From: an uncultured Candidatus Poseidoniales archaeon
GTDB lineage: Archaea; Thermoplasmatota; Poseidoniia; Poseidoniales; Poseidoniaceae
Direction: 5' to 3'
Assembly (NCBI GenBank): GCA_964009815.1
Contig: CAXGJQ010000001.1
Location: 5,332-69,331, forward strand
DNA: 64,000 nucleotides
The translations under genes were made by a program, and so were the position numbers. Shown here in pieces: positions 31,201-41,500 of this stretch. The first letter of the stretch is position 1. The number at the start of each line of letters is the position of its first letter. Below the pieces are notes generated by a model. The model made no database searches. It saw only the letters and a program-made list of their open reading frames with translations, and was not told the origin of the DNA.

Positions 31201-31330
31201 CACATCGATGTGCGAACCTATTTAACCCCTTTTGGAATTCGTATATATACTTGATGATTCAATTTATTCTAGAATCATTCGAAGGTCACCTGCTCTGGAA
31301 AAATCGCCTCCCGAACCGATTATGAACGGT
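31201..31330. promoter_or_regulatory. Divergent promoter region between tfb and the aconitase-family gene
   Basis: AT-rich; TTAAATA on the minus strand at ~31219-31225; palindrome GTATATATAC at 31241-31250; inverted repeat ATGATTC-N11-GAATCAT at 31254-31278. Confidence 0.5.
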
Positions 31331-31359
31331 TAACCCCTGAACGGAGTTGAGGGGGGGAC

Positions 31360-33348
31360 ATGGGGACCAACAAACCGCCGGAACACATCACCCTCACCCC
31401 AGGGAAACGAGTCCTCTTTCTCACCAAAGATTTGGACCTCATCAAACAACAACTCTACGAAGGACTGGATTTGCGAATGGAAGACCTCACGATAGAGGAC
31501 CTCCTTGACGACATCAACACCGACGTGATGACGCCCGCATGGGTGTGTTTCGACCACGACCCGGCTGAAATAGCAAAGAACGCCTATGCAGGTCTCATGC
31601 ACAACGGTCTTCGAGTGTTCCGAGAAAACGCCCTCAAGGACGGAAATTTCGAGGTCATCGTCTCCGGACAGCGAAAAGGCACGGGGTCGAGCCGAGAGAC
31701 CGCTGCCCAATGCGAACGCTGGGCGGGCATTGGCATCGTTATTGCCGCATCATTCGCACCCATCCACGAACGCAACAACATCAACCTCGGCCAGTTGATG
31801 GGGAGCCATGTCATGCTTGAACGGCTCCAAAATGGAGAAGCCATACCGCTCAAGGAATTTACCGGGCAATACGATCCGGTCACTCAACTCATCGTTGAAT
31901 ACGGCGGCCTGTTCCCCTTCGCAAAGGCACTCAAAGCAGGTGAACTTGACCTTGCGCCACTCGACACCCCTCACCAACCGATGACGATGGCTGAACACAT
32001 CATCAGCCGAAACCTCGTCGGGCAGCCTGACGGTCAATGCGTCAAGCCTGGCGACCCCGTCATCGCCCAAGTGCAGGGAGGCTACTCACACGAGTTCACC
32101 ACAGCTCAAGTTCACACCTTCCTGCAAGAGGAATACGGGGCGGATTACGCTCTGCCAAACCCCGGAAAATTTGCTGTTTTTGAAGACCACCTGCTTTACG
32201 CCCATCACAATCCCAAATTTGTGCCTTTCATGCACAAAGTACAGACGCTTCGGGATTTACAAGTGGCGTTTCAACAGCACACGGGCGTTCGCGATTATTC
32301 AGCCGTGGACGGGGTGTCCCCGGGAATATGCCATCAAGTCGCTCGAGAGGAGTTCATTGAAATCGGGGATTTCATCCAAGCCACCGATTCCCACACCTGC
32401 ATGGGCGGAGCCTCAAACGCTTTGACGTGGGGCGTGGGGGCCACCGAATACGCCAATCTCGTCAGTGCTGGATTTACCTTCGTCAAGATTCCTGAGTCCA
32501 TCCGATTTGAACTCGTGGGGAAATTGCACCATGGCTGTACGGCCAAAGACATCATTCTCGCCATTTTAGCCGACCATGCTCGAAAGGAGTTAACGCTGAA
32601 TCGGAGCATGGAATTCGGCGGGCCTGGTCTGGCCTCGCTCTCCATTGACGAACGAGCAACGCTCTGCAACATGGCCACTGAATGCTCGGGGCGAACCGGT
32701 ATCTGTGAAGCCGATGATGCGTTGATGGCATGGATGCTCAAGGCACAGCCTCACCTCGATGAATCCGAACAACGCGCTCGCATGGTCGCCCCCGACGAGG
32801 GAGCAAACTATGACGGCGGAGTCCACACCATCGACCTCTCATCCATTGTACCCATGGTTGCTCATCCAGGAAATCCTGACGAAGGCATTCCAAGCGATCC
32901 GACCAACGGGGCCAACATCGCTGACATCGGAGCGGTGGCCGTTGACATCGCTTACGGCGGCTCATGTACGGCTGGAAAAGAAGATGACATCGCTTACTAT
33001 GCTGAGGTTTGCCAAGCTGCCAAGGATGCTGGACTCACCGTCAAAGAAGGCGTAGATTTCTACATTCAGTACGGCTCAGGCCAAGTCAAAGCACTCGCCG
33101 AACGTATGGGTTGGCATGACCTGTTTCTCGAAGTCGGTGTCAAACTCATTGACCCGGGGTGCGGGGCGTGCATCGGAGCAGGCCCCGGAGTATCCATCAC
33201 ACCCGACCAAGTGACCGTTTCAGCCATCAACCGCAATTTCCAGGGGAGGAGCGGTCCTGGTAAACTCTACCTCGCCAGCCCCTTAACCGTCGCAGCGTCG
33301 GCCTTTACCGGCCACATCAGCATATGGAACCCAGAATTGTTCGCTTAG
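31360..33348 (+). CDS. Aconitase-family hydratase; swivel (small-subunit) domain fused N-terminal to the large subunit
   Basis: N-terminal DDINTD, GTGSSRE, HERNNINLG; C-terminal GICHQ, TDSHT, GGSCT, PGCGAC, NRNFQGR, YLASP. Confidence 0.9.
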   Translation: MGTNKPPEHITLTPGKRVLFLTKDLDLIKQQLYEGLDLRMEDLTIEDLLDDINTDVMTPAWVCFDHDPAEIAKNAYAGLMHNGLRVFRENALKDGNFEVIVSGQRKGTGSSRETAAQCERWAGIGIVIAASFAPIHERNNINLGQLMGSHVMLERLQNGEAIPLKEFTGQYDPVTQLIVEYGGLFPFAKALKAGELDLAPLDTPHQPMTMAEHIISRNLVGQPDGQCVKPGDPVIAQVQGGYSHEFTTAQVHTFLQEEYGADYALPNPGKFAVFEDHLLYAHHNPKFVPFMHKVQTLRDLQVAFQQHTGVRDYSAVDGVSPGICHQVAREEFIEIGDFIQATDSHTCMGGASNALTWGVGATEYANLVSAGFTFVKIPESIRFELVGKLHHGCTAKDIILAILADHARKELTLNRSMEFGGPGLASLSIDERATLCNMATECSGRTGICEADDALMAWMLKAQPHLDESEQRARMVAPDEGANYDGGVHTIDLSSIVPMVAHPGNPDEGIPSDPTNGANIADIGAVAVDIAYGGSCTAGKEDDIAYYAEVCQAAKDAGLTVKEGVDFYIQYGSGQVKALAERMGWHDLFLEVGVKLIDPGCGACIGAGPGVSITPDQVTVSAINRNFQGRSGPGKLYLASPLTVAASAFTGHISIWNPELFA

Positions 33349-33487
33349 CGGATTTCCATTCTGTGTCCGCTTTTTGCCCTTCTTCATCGCGGTTCGCCTG
33401 TGGAGATTATAATCCCTCAAAGAACGGGATGAATATCTGTCGGCCCGACGTCAATGGACGGAGGAGGACCGAGGGAGGTGAACGCCC

Positions 33488-35572
33488 ATGGCAGGCACAG
33501 CAGAACGCATGGCAAAAAATCAGAAGCAGGTCGCAATTTCAGAATTCTTTGAGAAAAACAAGCACTTTCTTGGTTTTGATTCCCTTACCCGCTCCCTCAT
33601 CACGGCCGTCAAAGAAGCGGTTGACAATTCACTTGACGCTTGTGAAGAAGCGCGCATATTGCCCGAAATTCGAGTTCAAATCAACAAGATCGATGACAAA
33701 AAGAACATCATTGAACTGAAGACCGAAGACAACGGCCCTGGCATCCCAAAGCGCAGCATCGAGAAGGTGTTCGGCCAACTCTTGTTCGGTTCCAGATTCC
33801 ACGCGATTCGTCAGTCTCGAGGGCAACAAGGCATCGGAATTACTGGAGTGGTCATGTACAGTCAATTGACGACGGGACGGAAAACCCATGTCCGCTCAAA
33901 AATTGCGACGGAGACCTCGGCAGCCACCGTCGATATTGGTCTTGACACACGCAAAAACAAAGCCACCAAAACCAATGAAGGCCGCGAATTGTGGGAGCGC
34001 CCCGACGGTACGCTGAAAGAACACGGGTTGGAAATCACCTGTAGAATGAAAGCCAAGTACCAGCGAGGAAGACAAAGCGTCTACCAATACCTGCGTATGA
34101 CCAGCATCGTAAACCCTCACGCCGATATCACATTTGTTGACCCGGACGGTGAAGTTCACCACTGGCCAAGAGTCACGGAGCGTCTTCCGCGGAAGGTGGA
34201 AAGCATCAAGCCGCACCCTCACGGAATCCATCTCGGAACCCTGCAACGTATGTGCACCGAATCGACGGACAGTCGAATGACCTCGTTTCTGTACAAGAAT
34301 TTCAGTGGTGTTTCATCTCGTGCAGCCAAACAACTGCTCGAAGCCGCGGGGGTTTTGGAAAAGGCAAAACCAAAATCGATGAAACCCGACCAAATTCGTG
34401 CGCTTCTCGAGGCCTTCCAAGGCGAGCGTTTGCTCAACGATAAAGCGGTCAAATTGCTCAATCCCCCTACCAATTGTTTGTCGCCCATCGAGGAGTTGCT
34501 CATCAAAAAGGGCCTCTCGAAGACCATCGATTCTCGCTTCGTCACCACCATGACGCGCTCGCCCACGGTCTCTCAAGGCAACCCGTATCAAGTGGAAGTC
34601 GGCCTGATCTTTGGAGACGGCATGGCAGCGGACAAGCCCGTTGAAGTGCTCCGATTCGCAAACCGCGTGCCGCTGATGTACCAACAAGGTGGTTGTTTGC
34701 TGACGAAAGCCATTGAATCGGTTGACTGGCGACAATATGGAATGGACCAAGCCGGTGGACGGGGCGTCCCGAAAGGCCCAGCAGCCATTCTGGTCCATCT
34801 GGCAAGCACGAACGTTCAATTCACTTCGGAAGCCAAGGAAGCCCTCGCCGAAAACGGCGAGGTCATGGACGAAGTTCGAAAAGCCATGTTGGAAATGGGA
34901 CGAGGGCTCCGAAAACACCTTGAGAAAAAGAAGAAAATGGTCAAGGTCCAAGAGAAGTTCGAACTGGTGAACGATATCATCCCCGCTATCGCTGAAAAAT
35001 CAGCGGCCATTTTACAACGCCCCGTTCCAGATTTGGCCGGCTCAATCACGAGGATCATGGGAGCGGTTATCGCAGAGAGCACCACGACTTGGAACAAGGA
35101 AACCAAGATGGTGGACATTGCCATCAAGCTGTTCAATTACACTTCGCGTGCTCGCGCCTACACCCTTCTTGCCTCTTGGCCAGAAAGTGCCGGGGCAAGC
35201 ATGGAAAACAACACCACTGGGGGGCGGAAAGAAGCAACAGGGGTTTGGGCGTGGAAACTTGAAACCCTTGACCCAGGCGAAACCTACACCATCACCTATG
35301 CGCTGAATGGATTGGAAAAGGGAGATTGGACGGAAACCGATGTGTTTTATCGAGGCAGTCAAGAAGTCATTGGTGCCTCAAAAATGGATGAAAAACTTCT
35401 GGAAGAAATTCGCCGTCAAGAAGCCAGGGAACAAGGCGAGGAAGAAGAGAGTGGCGAGGAAGAGGTCTCCCTTGAGGATACAGAGGAGAATGACGCCCCC
35501 CCTGAAATCGCTGATGACCAACCAAAGCCCTCGGGTCAACAAACCCTCATGGGGTTCGGGAGTGATGCATGA
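33488..35572 (+). CDS. top6B: DNA topoisomerase VI subunit B
   Basis: SEFFEKN, KEAVDNSLDA, DNGPGI, QSRGQQGIG, RFANRVPL. Confidence 0.97.
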   Translation: MAGTAERMAKNQKQVAISEFFEKNKHFLGFDSLTRSLITAVKEAVDNSLDACEEARILPEIRVQINKIDDKKNIIELKTEDNGPGIPKRSIEKVFGQLLFGSRFHAIRQSRGQQGIGITGVVMYSQLTTGRKTHVRSKIATETSAATVDIGLDTRKNKATKTNEGRELWERPDGTLKEHGLEITCRMKAKYQRGRQSVYQYLRMTSIVNPHADITFVDPDGEVHHWPRVTERLPRKVESIKPHPHGIHLGTLQRMCTESTDSRMTSFLYKNFSGVSSRAAKQLLEAAGVLEKAKPKSMKPDQIRALLEAFQGERLLNDKAVKLLNPPTNCLSPIEELLIKKGLSKTIDSRFVTTMTRSPTVSQGNPYQVEVGLIFGDGMAADKPVEVLRFANRVPLMYQQGGCLLTKAIESVDWRQYGMDQAGGRGVPKGPAAILVHLASTNVQFTSEAKEALAENGEVMDEVRKAMLEMGRGLRKHLEKKKKMVKVQEKFELVNDIIPAIAEKSAAILQRPVPDLAGSITRIMGAVIAESTTTWNKETKMVDIAIKLFNYTSRARAYTLLASWPESAGASMENNTTGGRKEATGVWAWKLETLDPGETYTITYALNGLEKGDWTETDVFYRGSQEVIGASKMDEKLLEEIRRQEAREQGEEEESGEEEVSLEDTEENDAPPEIADDQPKPSGQQTLMGFGSDA

Positions 35573-36669
35573 TGTCCGCCAGCCACACGCCAGAGGAAAC
35601 CAAAATTGCGCTGCACGAAGTTGTCACAGAAATGTACGACAAAATTGTCAAAGGCGAGCCTCCCACCATGACGTTGCCCGTCCGAACCAAAAACAACATT
35701 GGATTTGACAAGTCGCTCGGGGTCTACAAATACGGCAAGAAGCGGTCGATTCGAGATGCTACAAGCCTTGGTTCTGCCAAGCAATTGCTACGAGCCCTTT
35801 ACGTGGTGGAATTTATTGAAGAAATGATCAACACCAACAAATCCTCGACCCTCAGAGAGATGTATTACATCTCGGAGAGTTGGGGCCTTGGAAAGTTCTC
35901 ATCCCAGAACGAATCCAACAATCTCGCTGAAGATTTGGAAGTCGTGACCAAATGCCTTCGTGAAGACTTCAAGCTCCGCCCGGAAGAAGATGGAGCCAGA
36001 ATGATTGGAAACATCACCCTTCAGGAACGCAACCGACGAGGAGAATGGATGCGAATCAACGCTCGCGACGATGTAGGCGACTCTGGATACGGCGTTCCTT
36101 ACAACGTGGAAGAGGAGAAAATTGAGTTGCTTGAGCATGATGTCAAGTTCATCATGGCCATTGAGACCGGTGGTATGTTTGACCGGCTCATCGAAAATGG
36201 CTTCGATGAAGCATACAATTGCGCCCTTGTCCACCTCAAAGGCCAGCCTGCTCGTTCTACACGGCGCATCTTGAAGCGAATGAGTGAGGAATGGGACTTA
36301 CCCGTCGTCGTTTTCCTTGACGGCGACCCGTGGTCGTTCCGAATCTTTGCCTCCATTGCTTACGGAGCCATCAAGACGGCGCACATTTCCGAATACCTCG
36401 CCACCCCAACCGCCACCTACCTCGGCATTACATCGGATGACATTGAGGCCTACGACCTCCCAAGCGACGACCTTTCCTCACGAGACGTTGACGCGTTGAA
36501 GGCTGAACTTTCTGACCCACGGTTCGCCGACGCATGGTGGCAAGAGCAGATCAACATGATGCTGGAACTTGGCAAAAAGGCTGAACAGCAATCGTTGGCC
36601 AAATATGGACTTGATTTCGTCACCGACACCTACCTACCTGAGAAATTGAATGATTTGGGCCTAGCCTGA
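35569..36669 (+). CDS. top6A: DNA topoisomerase VI subunit A
   Basis: STLREMYY (catalytic Tyr), AIET, KGQP, DGDPW TOPRIM, KAEQQ; ATGA overlap with top6B. Confidence 0.97.
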   Translation: MMSASHTPEETKIALHEVVTEMYDKIVKGEPPTMTLPVRTKNNIGFDKSLGVYKYGKKRSIRDATSLGSAKQLLRALYVVEFIEEMINTNKSSTLREMYYISESWGLGKFSSQNESNNLAEDLEVVTKCLREDFKLRPEEDGARMIGNITLQERNRRGEWMRINARDDVGDSGYGVPYNVEEEKIELLEHDVKFIMAIETGGMFDRLIENGFDEAYNCALVHLKGQPARSTRRILKRMSEEWDLPVVVFLDGDPWSFRIFASIAYGAIKTAHISEYLATPTATYLGITSDDIEAYDLPSDDLSSRDVDALKAELSDPRFADAWWQEQINMMLELGKKAEQQSLAKYGLDFVTDTYLPEKLNDLGLA

Positions 36670-36711
36670 TTTCATCAGCGAGCCTTATGGAGGAAGAGGG
36701 TCTGGAAAGCA

Positions 36712-37758
36712 ATGATGCAAGCACCCGAGCCTGCCAAACGCTCCCCTTGGGGATTTAGGCTTGCTGTGGCCGGCGCCCTCATGCTGTTGATCGGTACCGT
36801 GATGGTGGTCAGCCAATCGGAAACCATCAGCGCTACGATGGACCCGAGGGAACAGCATCACGACAAACCGTACGTTGGAGAAGGGACTTTTCCAACCGGT
36901 GAGCTCACCGACACATGTTACCGGTTTTATCAGCAGGCAGACGACATCGAAATGACCGTTCAACTCTACCGTGTTGAAGGCTCCTCGTTGGTGGGAGATG
37001 CGCTTGAAGAGAGCAAGTGCATGCTCGACTGGCAGGTGATGGCCGCAGACGGAACGACTTTCGCCGAACAAGGTTCATGGCAACTCAACGGAACAGGGAA
37101 GTACGCTTTGGTCACAACGTGTGAAACCAATTGTGAAGAAGCCACGGGGTGGTTGATTTCGGTTGACGCCATCCAATCCGACCTGCTCTCTTCAACATGG
37201 TTGATGGTCGGTGGAGCCATGTGTTGCTTGGGCATTCTCACAACCCCTATCGCACTAACCGTCTATCTCGCCTCAAAACCAAGTCGGGCTCCCCGCGTCA
37301 TGATGGTTGGCCCAGAGGGACAATTAATTCCCATCACTGACGTAAACCCTGACCATCCGACATTGTTCACACAAGCTTCTGAACAAAACGCAAACCAGCC
37401 GACGGTGGCCCCACCATTTGCAGATACAGCCGAACATCAACCGTCAGAAGCATTTGTCGACGGCCTCAACGATGTAGCTGCAGGAACCCTGTTGACCACC
37501 GAACAAGTCTATGCACTCATGCGAGGAGATGTCGAGGGCGCCCAAGAACACACCAAGACCGGTCGATATCAAACCACCACGGCTGAAGACGCCATTCAAG
37601 ATGCTGCTAACGTAGCGGCCATTGCTTCGTGGGATGAAGGCGTGCCACTTGCCGAGCCGCAACCCGTTCAATCAAAACCCCTCACAGCAAAGAGAAACAT
37701 GGACGTTCCTCAATCCGAGAAACCCAGTGAATCGTGGAAGGATTGGGACGAGCAGTAA
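36712..37758 (+). CDS. Hypothetical membrane protein
   Basis: Two TM segments flanking an extracellular domain; disordered C-terminus. Confidence 0.6.
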   Translation: MMQAPEPAKRSPWGFRLAVAGALMLLIGTVMVVSQSETISATMDPREQHHDKPYVGEGTFPTGELTDTCYRFYQQADDIEMTVQLYRVEGSSLVGDALEESKCMLDWQVMAADGTTFAEQGSWQLNGTGKYALVTTCETNCEEATGWLISVDAIQSDLLSSTWLMVGGAMCCLGILTTPIALTVYLASKPSRAPRVMMVGPEGQLIPITDVNPDHPTLFTQASEQNANQPTVAPPFADTAEHQPSEAFVDGLNDVAAGTLLTTEQVYALMRGDVEGAQEHTKTGRYQTTTAEDAIQDAANVAAIASWDEGVPLAEPQPVQSKPLTAKRNMDVPQSEKPSESWKDWDEQ

Positions 37759-37812
37759 CTTAACGGTGCGTTCATAGAGGAGGGGGGACTACCCAACCTC
37801 GGGTTGAGGAGT

Positions 37813-38559
37813 ATGAACGACATTGACCGAGCACTGTACCTTCTGCAAAACAAAGTTCGTCGCCAAATCTTGGAGCGCTTGGCCCGAGAGCCGCACTACC
37901 CCATGCAATTATCAGAGTTGATCGGTGTAAGTCAACCCGCCGTGGTCAAACATCTCAAAGAACTCGAGAAGGGCGGAATGGTCTCCAAGAACAAGGTTCC
38001 GTCAGAAAAAGGCGGGCCACCACGAACCATTTACGCGGTTGAGCGTGCCATGTCCATTCATGTTGATATCGGTCCAGATTTGTTCCGTTGTGAAGAACGA
38101 AAACTCCCTGCAGGGGGCCCAATGCGATTGTCAACCAACCTGCCAAAGGCCTCCGTTCCTATTGCTGAATCACTGAGCGGGCGTAAAAAAATCGCTGTCG
38201 CAGAAGGTTTGGCGCACATGCGAACCCTGGCTTCGGTTCTCGAAGAGTTGGATGCCCAACGGGATGCATTGATCTCCCTTCACCAACATGTCCGCCAACG
38301 TGTGTCCGCTGCTGTTGAAACGGACTTCGAATCCTACGAGGAACGAAGCATCATCCAAACCATGGTTGAGGCAACAGGAGAGCGCCTTGACCTTACAGCT
38401 CTTGTCCAACAAGAACTGGTTGGCCAAGGCAACGTGGGCGATGTCATCAACACCCTGCGTTCAAGGTTGGAAAAGCAGATTGCTCGAAGGTCTGGACAAG
38501 TCATCGCTGCTCCGCTTGACACCGAGCTCCGATGGTACCTTGGACCGAAGTCCAAGTGA
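37813..38559 (+). CDS. ArsR-family winged-helix transcriptional regulator
   Basis: LQNKVRRQILERL..YPMQLSELIGVSQPAVVKHLKELE..GPPRTIY; C-terminal coiled coil. Confidence 0.85.
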   Translation: MNDIDRALYLLQNKVRRQILERLAREPHYPMQLSELIGVSQPAVVKHLKELEKGGMVSKNKVPSEKGGPPRTIYAVERAMSIHVDIGPDLFRCEERKLPAGGPMRLSTNLPKASVPIAESLSGRKKIAVAEGLAHMRTLASVLEELDAQRDALISLHQHVRQRVSAAVETDFESYEERSIIQTMVEATGERLDLTALVQQELVGQGNVGDVINTLRSRLEKQIARRSGQVIAAPLDTELRWYLGPKSK

Positions 38560-38574
38560 ATTCATCAAAGCAAA

Positions 38575-41500
38575 TCAGTTGTCAAGCTCGTCTGCAAGGA
38601 CTGAAACGAGAGACGATTGTTCAGCCAATCGCTTGTTCACTTCATCTCGACGTCCCTTGCCAACCAGATACACAACACCCAAGAGTGCGATGGTCAGGAC
38701 GATGACGGCGAATGGAAGGGCCGTCTTGCCCACAACTTCACGAGCAAGGTCAAGGACCGGGCTGTTGGACTGAAGGTCTTCTGGAATCGGTTTGACGTTG
38801 TCTTTCTCATCGGATTCAACGATCTCATTCATTGGGTCGACCACGACATAAACGCCCTTGCTACCGGCTGAAACAGGGTAGAGCAAGTAGAGTTCAATCT
38901 CCTTGGCATCTTCCGTGTCATCTGGTGCAAGCAACGCTCCCACCACTTGGCGCATGACCACGCGTTCTTCTTCGCAACCGTTGTCACGAATTTCCTTCAT
39001 GATGTCAGCATCGTTAGCTTCGCCATATTCGCAAAGAACAATCTCAATGTCAGTGGCATGGACGTTTCCAGTGTTTTGCAAGATGATACCGATAGGAATC
39101 GTCGAGTCAACTTCGCCCGATGTAGATGGTGGCATGATGATCTCCTTGATTTCGAGGTTTGGTGCTCGCAGACGGAGCGTGACAATGAACTCATTCGTGT
39201 CCAAATTCTCACCGTCCCATGCTGGGGAGTCGTCGTGGTCTCCATCGTTCTCCATGTCGCCAAACATGGAAACCACCTTCAGACCAATGCTTCGTGTGTC
39301 GAGTTTGGCGTCGGTGCCAATCTTCACAGCTGCAACGGCCGTGATGGTTTCATACGGAGCCATCTCAGGAAGGCGCCACTCGTCGAGGTCTTCGAGATAG
39401 ATACAGGCGTCTTCGGGGTAGGATGATGCGGTTGACTGCATGGTCATGCAAGATTCTTCGACAACGAGGTCAGCGCTGAGTTGGCGCATGATGAACCAGT
39501 CGACATCCCAACTGCTGAGAACGCTCATTCCAGGCAATTCATTCCATAGGAGTGAATCCCCATCGCGTTGGGCCGTATGGTTGTTCAAGGTTGGAACATC
39601 GGGCACGTTTCCGTTGTTGGTCACGTTGAACATGAAGCGAACGACACGGCCAGGAGCAGAAGTCTTCACCGCATTGTCAACGGTTGGATCCATTGAAATT
39701 TGCATGTCATGGAATTCATCAACGGTGACAGTTAGAACGATGGCATCTCGAATTCGTGTTTCACGACCGCTGGCGTCCGGATAGACTTCTTCGGAGAAGG
39801 CTTGGAGCACGATGGTGTATTCACCTGCTGGCACACGGTTCGGAACGTTCATTTCCACATCAAACGCCTGATAGGTATCTGGTGAGAGTTCTTGGAGAGT
39901 TTCACGAGGAATCTCAATGTCCCAGATGACGTCAACGCCGAAGGCATCGGTCACTCGAGCGAGGCGGAAATCAAACCGGTCGGGTCCATTGCCGTCGTTG
40001 GTGACCGTGATTGGCAAAGTGATCTTTTCGCCAGGATTCACATTCATTGAATTGCCAATCGCCGGGTCAATGCCAGCATCAAGGTCGAAAACGTGCTCTA
40101 CGGTGGTGGACAGGATCTCCGAATCCGAAATTCTCGGATATCCGTCAAGGTAGCCCTTCAGCGTAATGGCGGGCCCAAGGCCGGCCGTGGCGTTGTTTGG
40201 AGCGCAAACGTAGACCGTGATGCGCTTGGTGATTTTCTCTGCGTTTCCTGGGATGGTCCAAGCAATCGGGTCGCCTAGGCCATCGCCTGCATCCGCTGAG
40301 CCAGTAGCGTTATCGAAGTCAACGAGAACAACCCAGTTCTCTTCTCGCCAGGCAGGCATGCCCACACCGTCGGGCTTGGCATCGGGCGCTCCGGGTGTGG
40401 CAAAGACGAGTTCGCCGCTGTCAAAGTTCTTGGTGACGTTGACGTTGTAAGTGGCGCACTCTCCTGGCTTGACCTGTTCGGAGCGGTCATCGGCAGCAAA
40501 GACGATGTTTCCTGTTGAACGGATTGAAACGAACACGCCGAGTTCAAGGATGTCGTAGGTTCCCTTCTCAACGGACTTGATGGGTTCTCCTTCCGACCAA
40601 CCCTTCACGTAGATGACGAACGCTCCTGGATCTTCGGTTGTCGGCACAAAGACCTCGAGGTTCTTTGTAACCGATTGACCCGGGTCCAATTCCACTCGAA
40701 TGGGGAAGTTTACCTGCCATCCGAATGGCAACAACCATTCTTGCTGACCTTCGAGGCTGTTCGGGTCCCAGAAGACGAAGGCGTCGTTGACGTTCCCTGT
40801 GTTGGTGATGGTGATCGAGAAGATAGCGGTGTCGCCTTGTTCAATGTCCGCCATGCTGTGCGAGGTGTCGAGGTTGATTCCGTGAACAACGTCCATCAGT
40901 GTCAAGGTGATGATGTCGTTCTGAATGGCTGGATCTTTGTACGATTGTGCCGTTACACGAACTTCCGCAAGCTCGTCGCCGTTGGCCTGATAGATGGATG
41001 GTGCCTGAACTCGCATGTAGAATCGAATATCTTCGCCGCCTTCGAGGAAAATCGGGGTGTCCGGGAAGATGCTTGAATGGTTGGAGGCGAAGTAGAGGTT
41101 CGCCGTCCAATTCATTGGCACGCCTGAAATGTTCAGTCCATAGGTATCAGCGACCAGGTCTTTTGGACCGGGCGTTGAGTTGTTCATGGTCATGTTGTAG
41201 ATGGTCTGTTGGCCGGGTTCGATGACGTGGTAGAAGGTTTCACCCTCATCAAAGTCAACATCAACTTGACCTGTTAAGACGTGGGAATAGCATATTGTGA
41301 ATCGGTTGTTGTTACCGTCGTCACCGCACTTGTTCGTATCCGACCACGCAATGTGGGCGCCGCTTCCAAGGTCATTGGAAAATGCCGGGGGCATACCGAT
41401 GGAGGGTTGGCGTCCGCTATTTGGCCCGAGTTTATTCGAATTCCACGAGGTTACCGGAACCGCTTCCCACGGGTCGAGGGCCGTCAGGCCATCACCGGTG

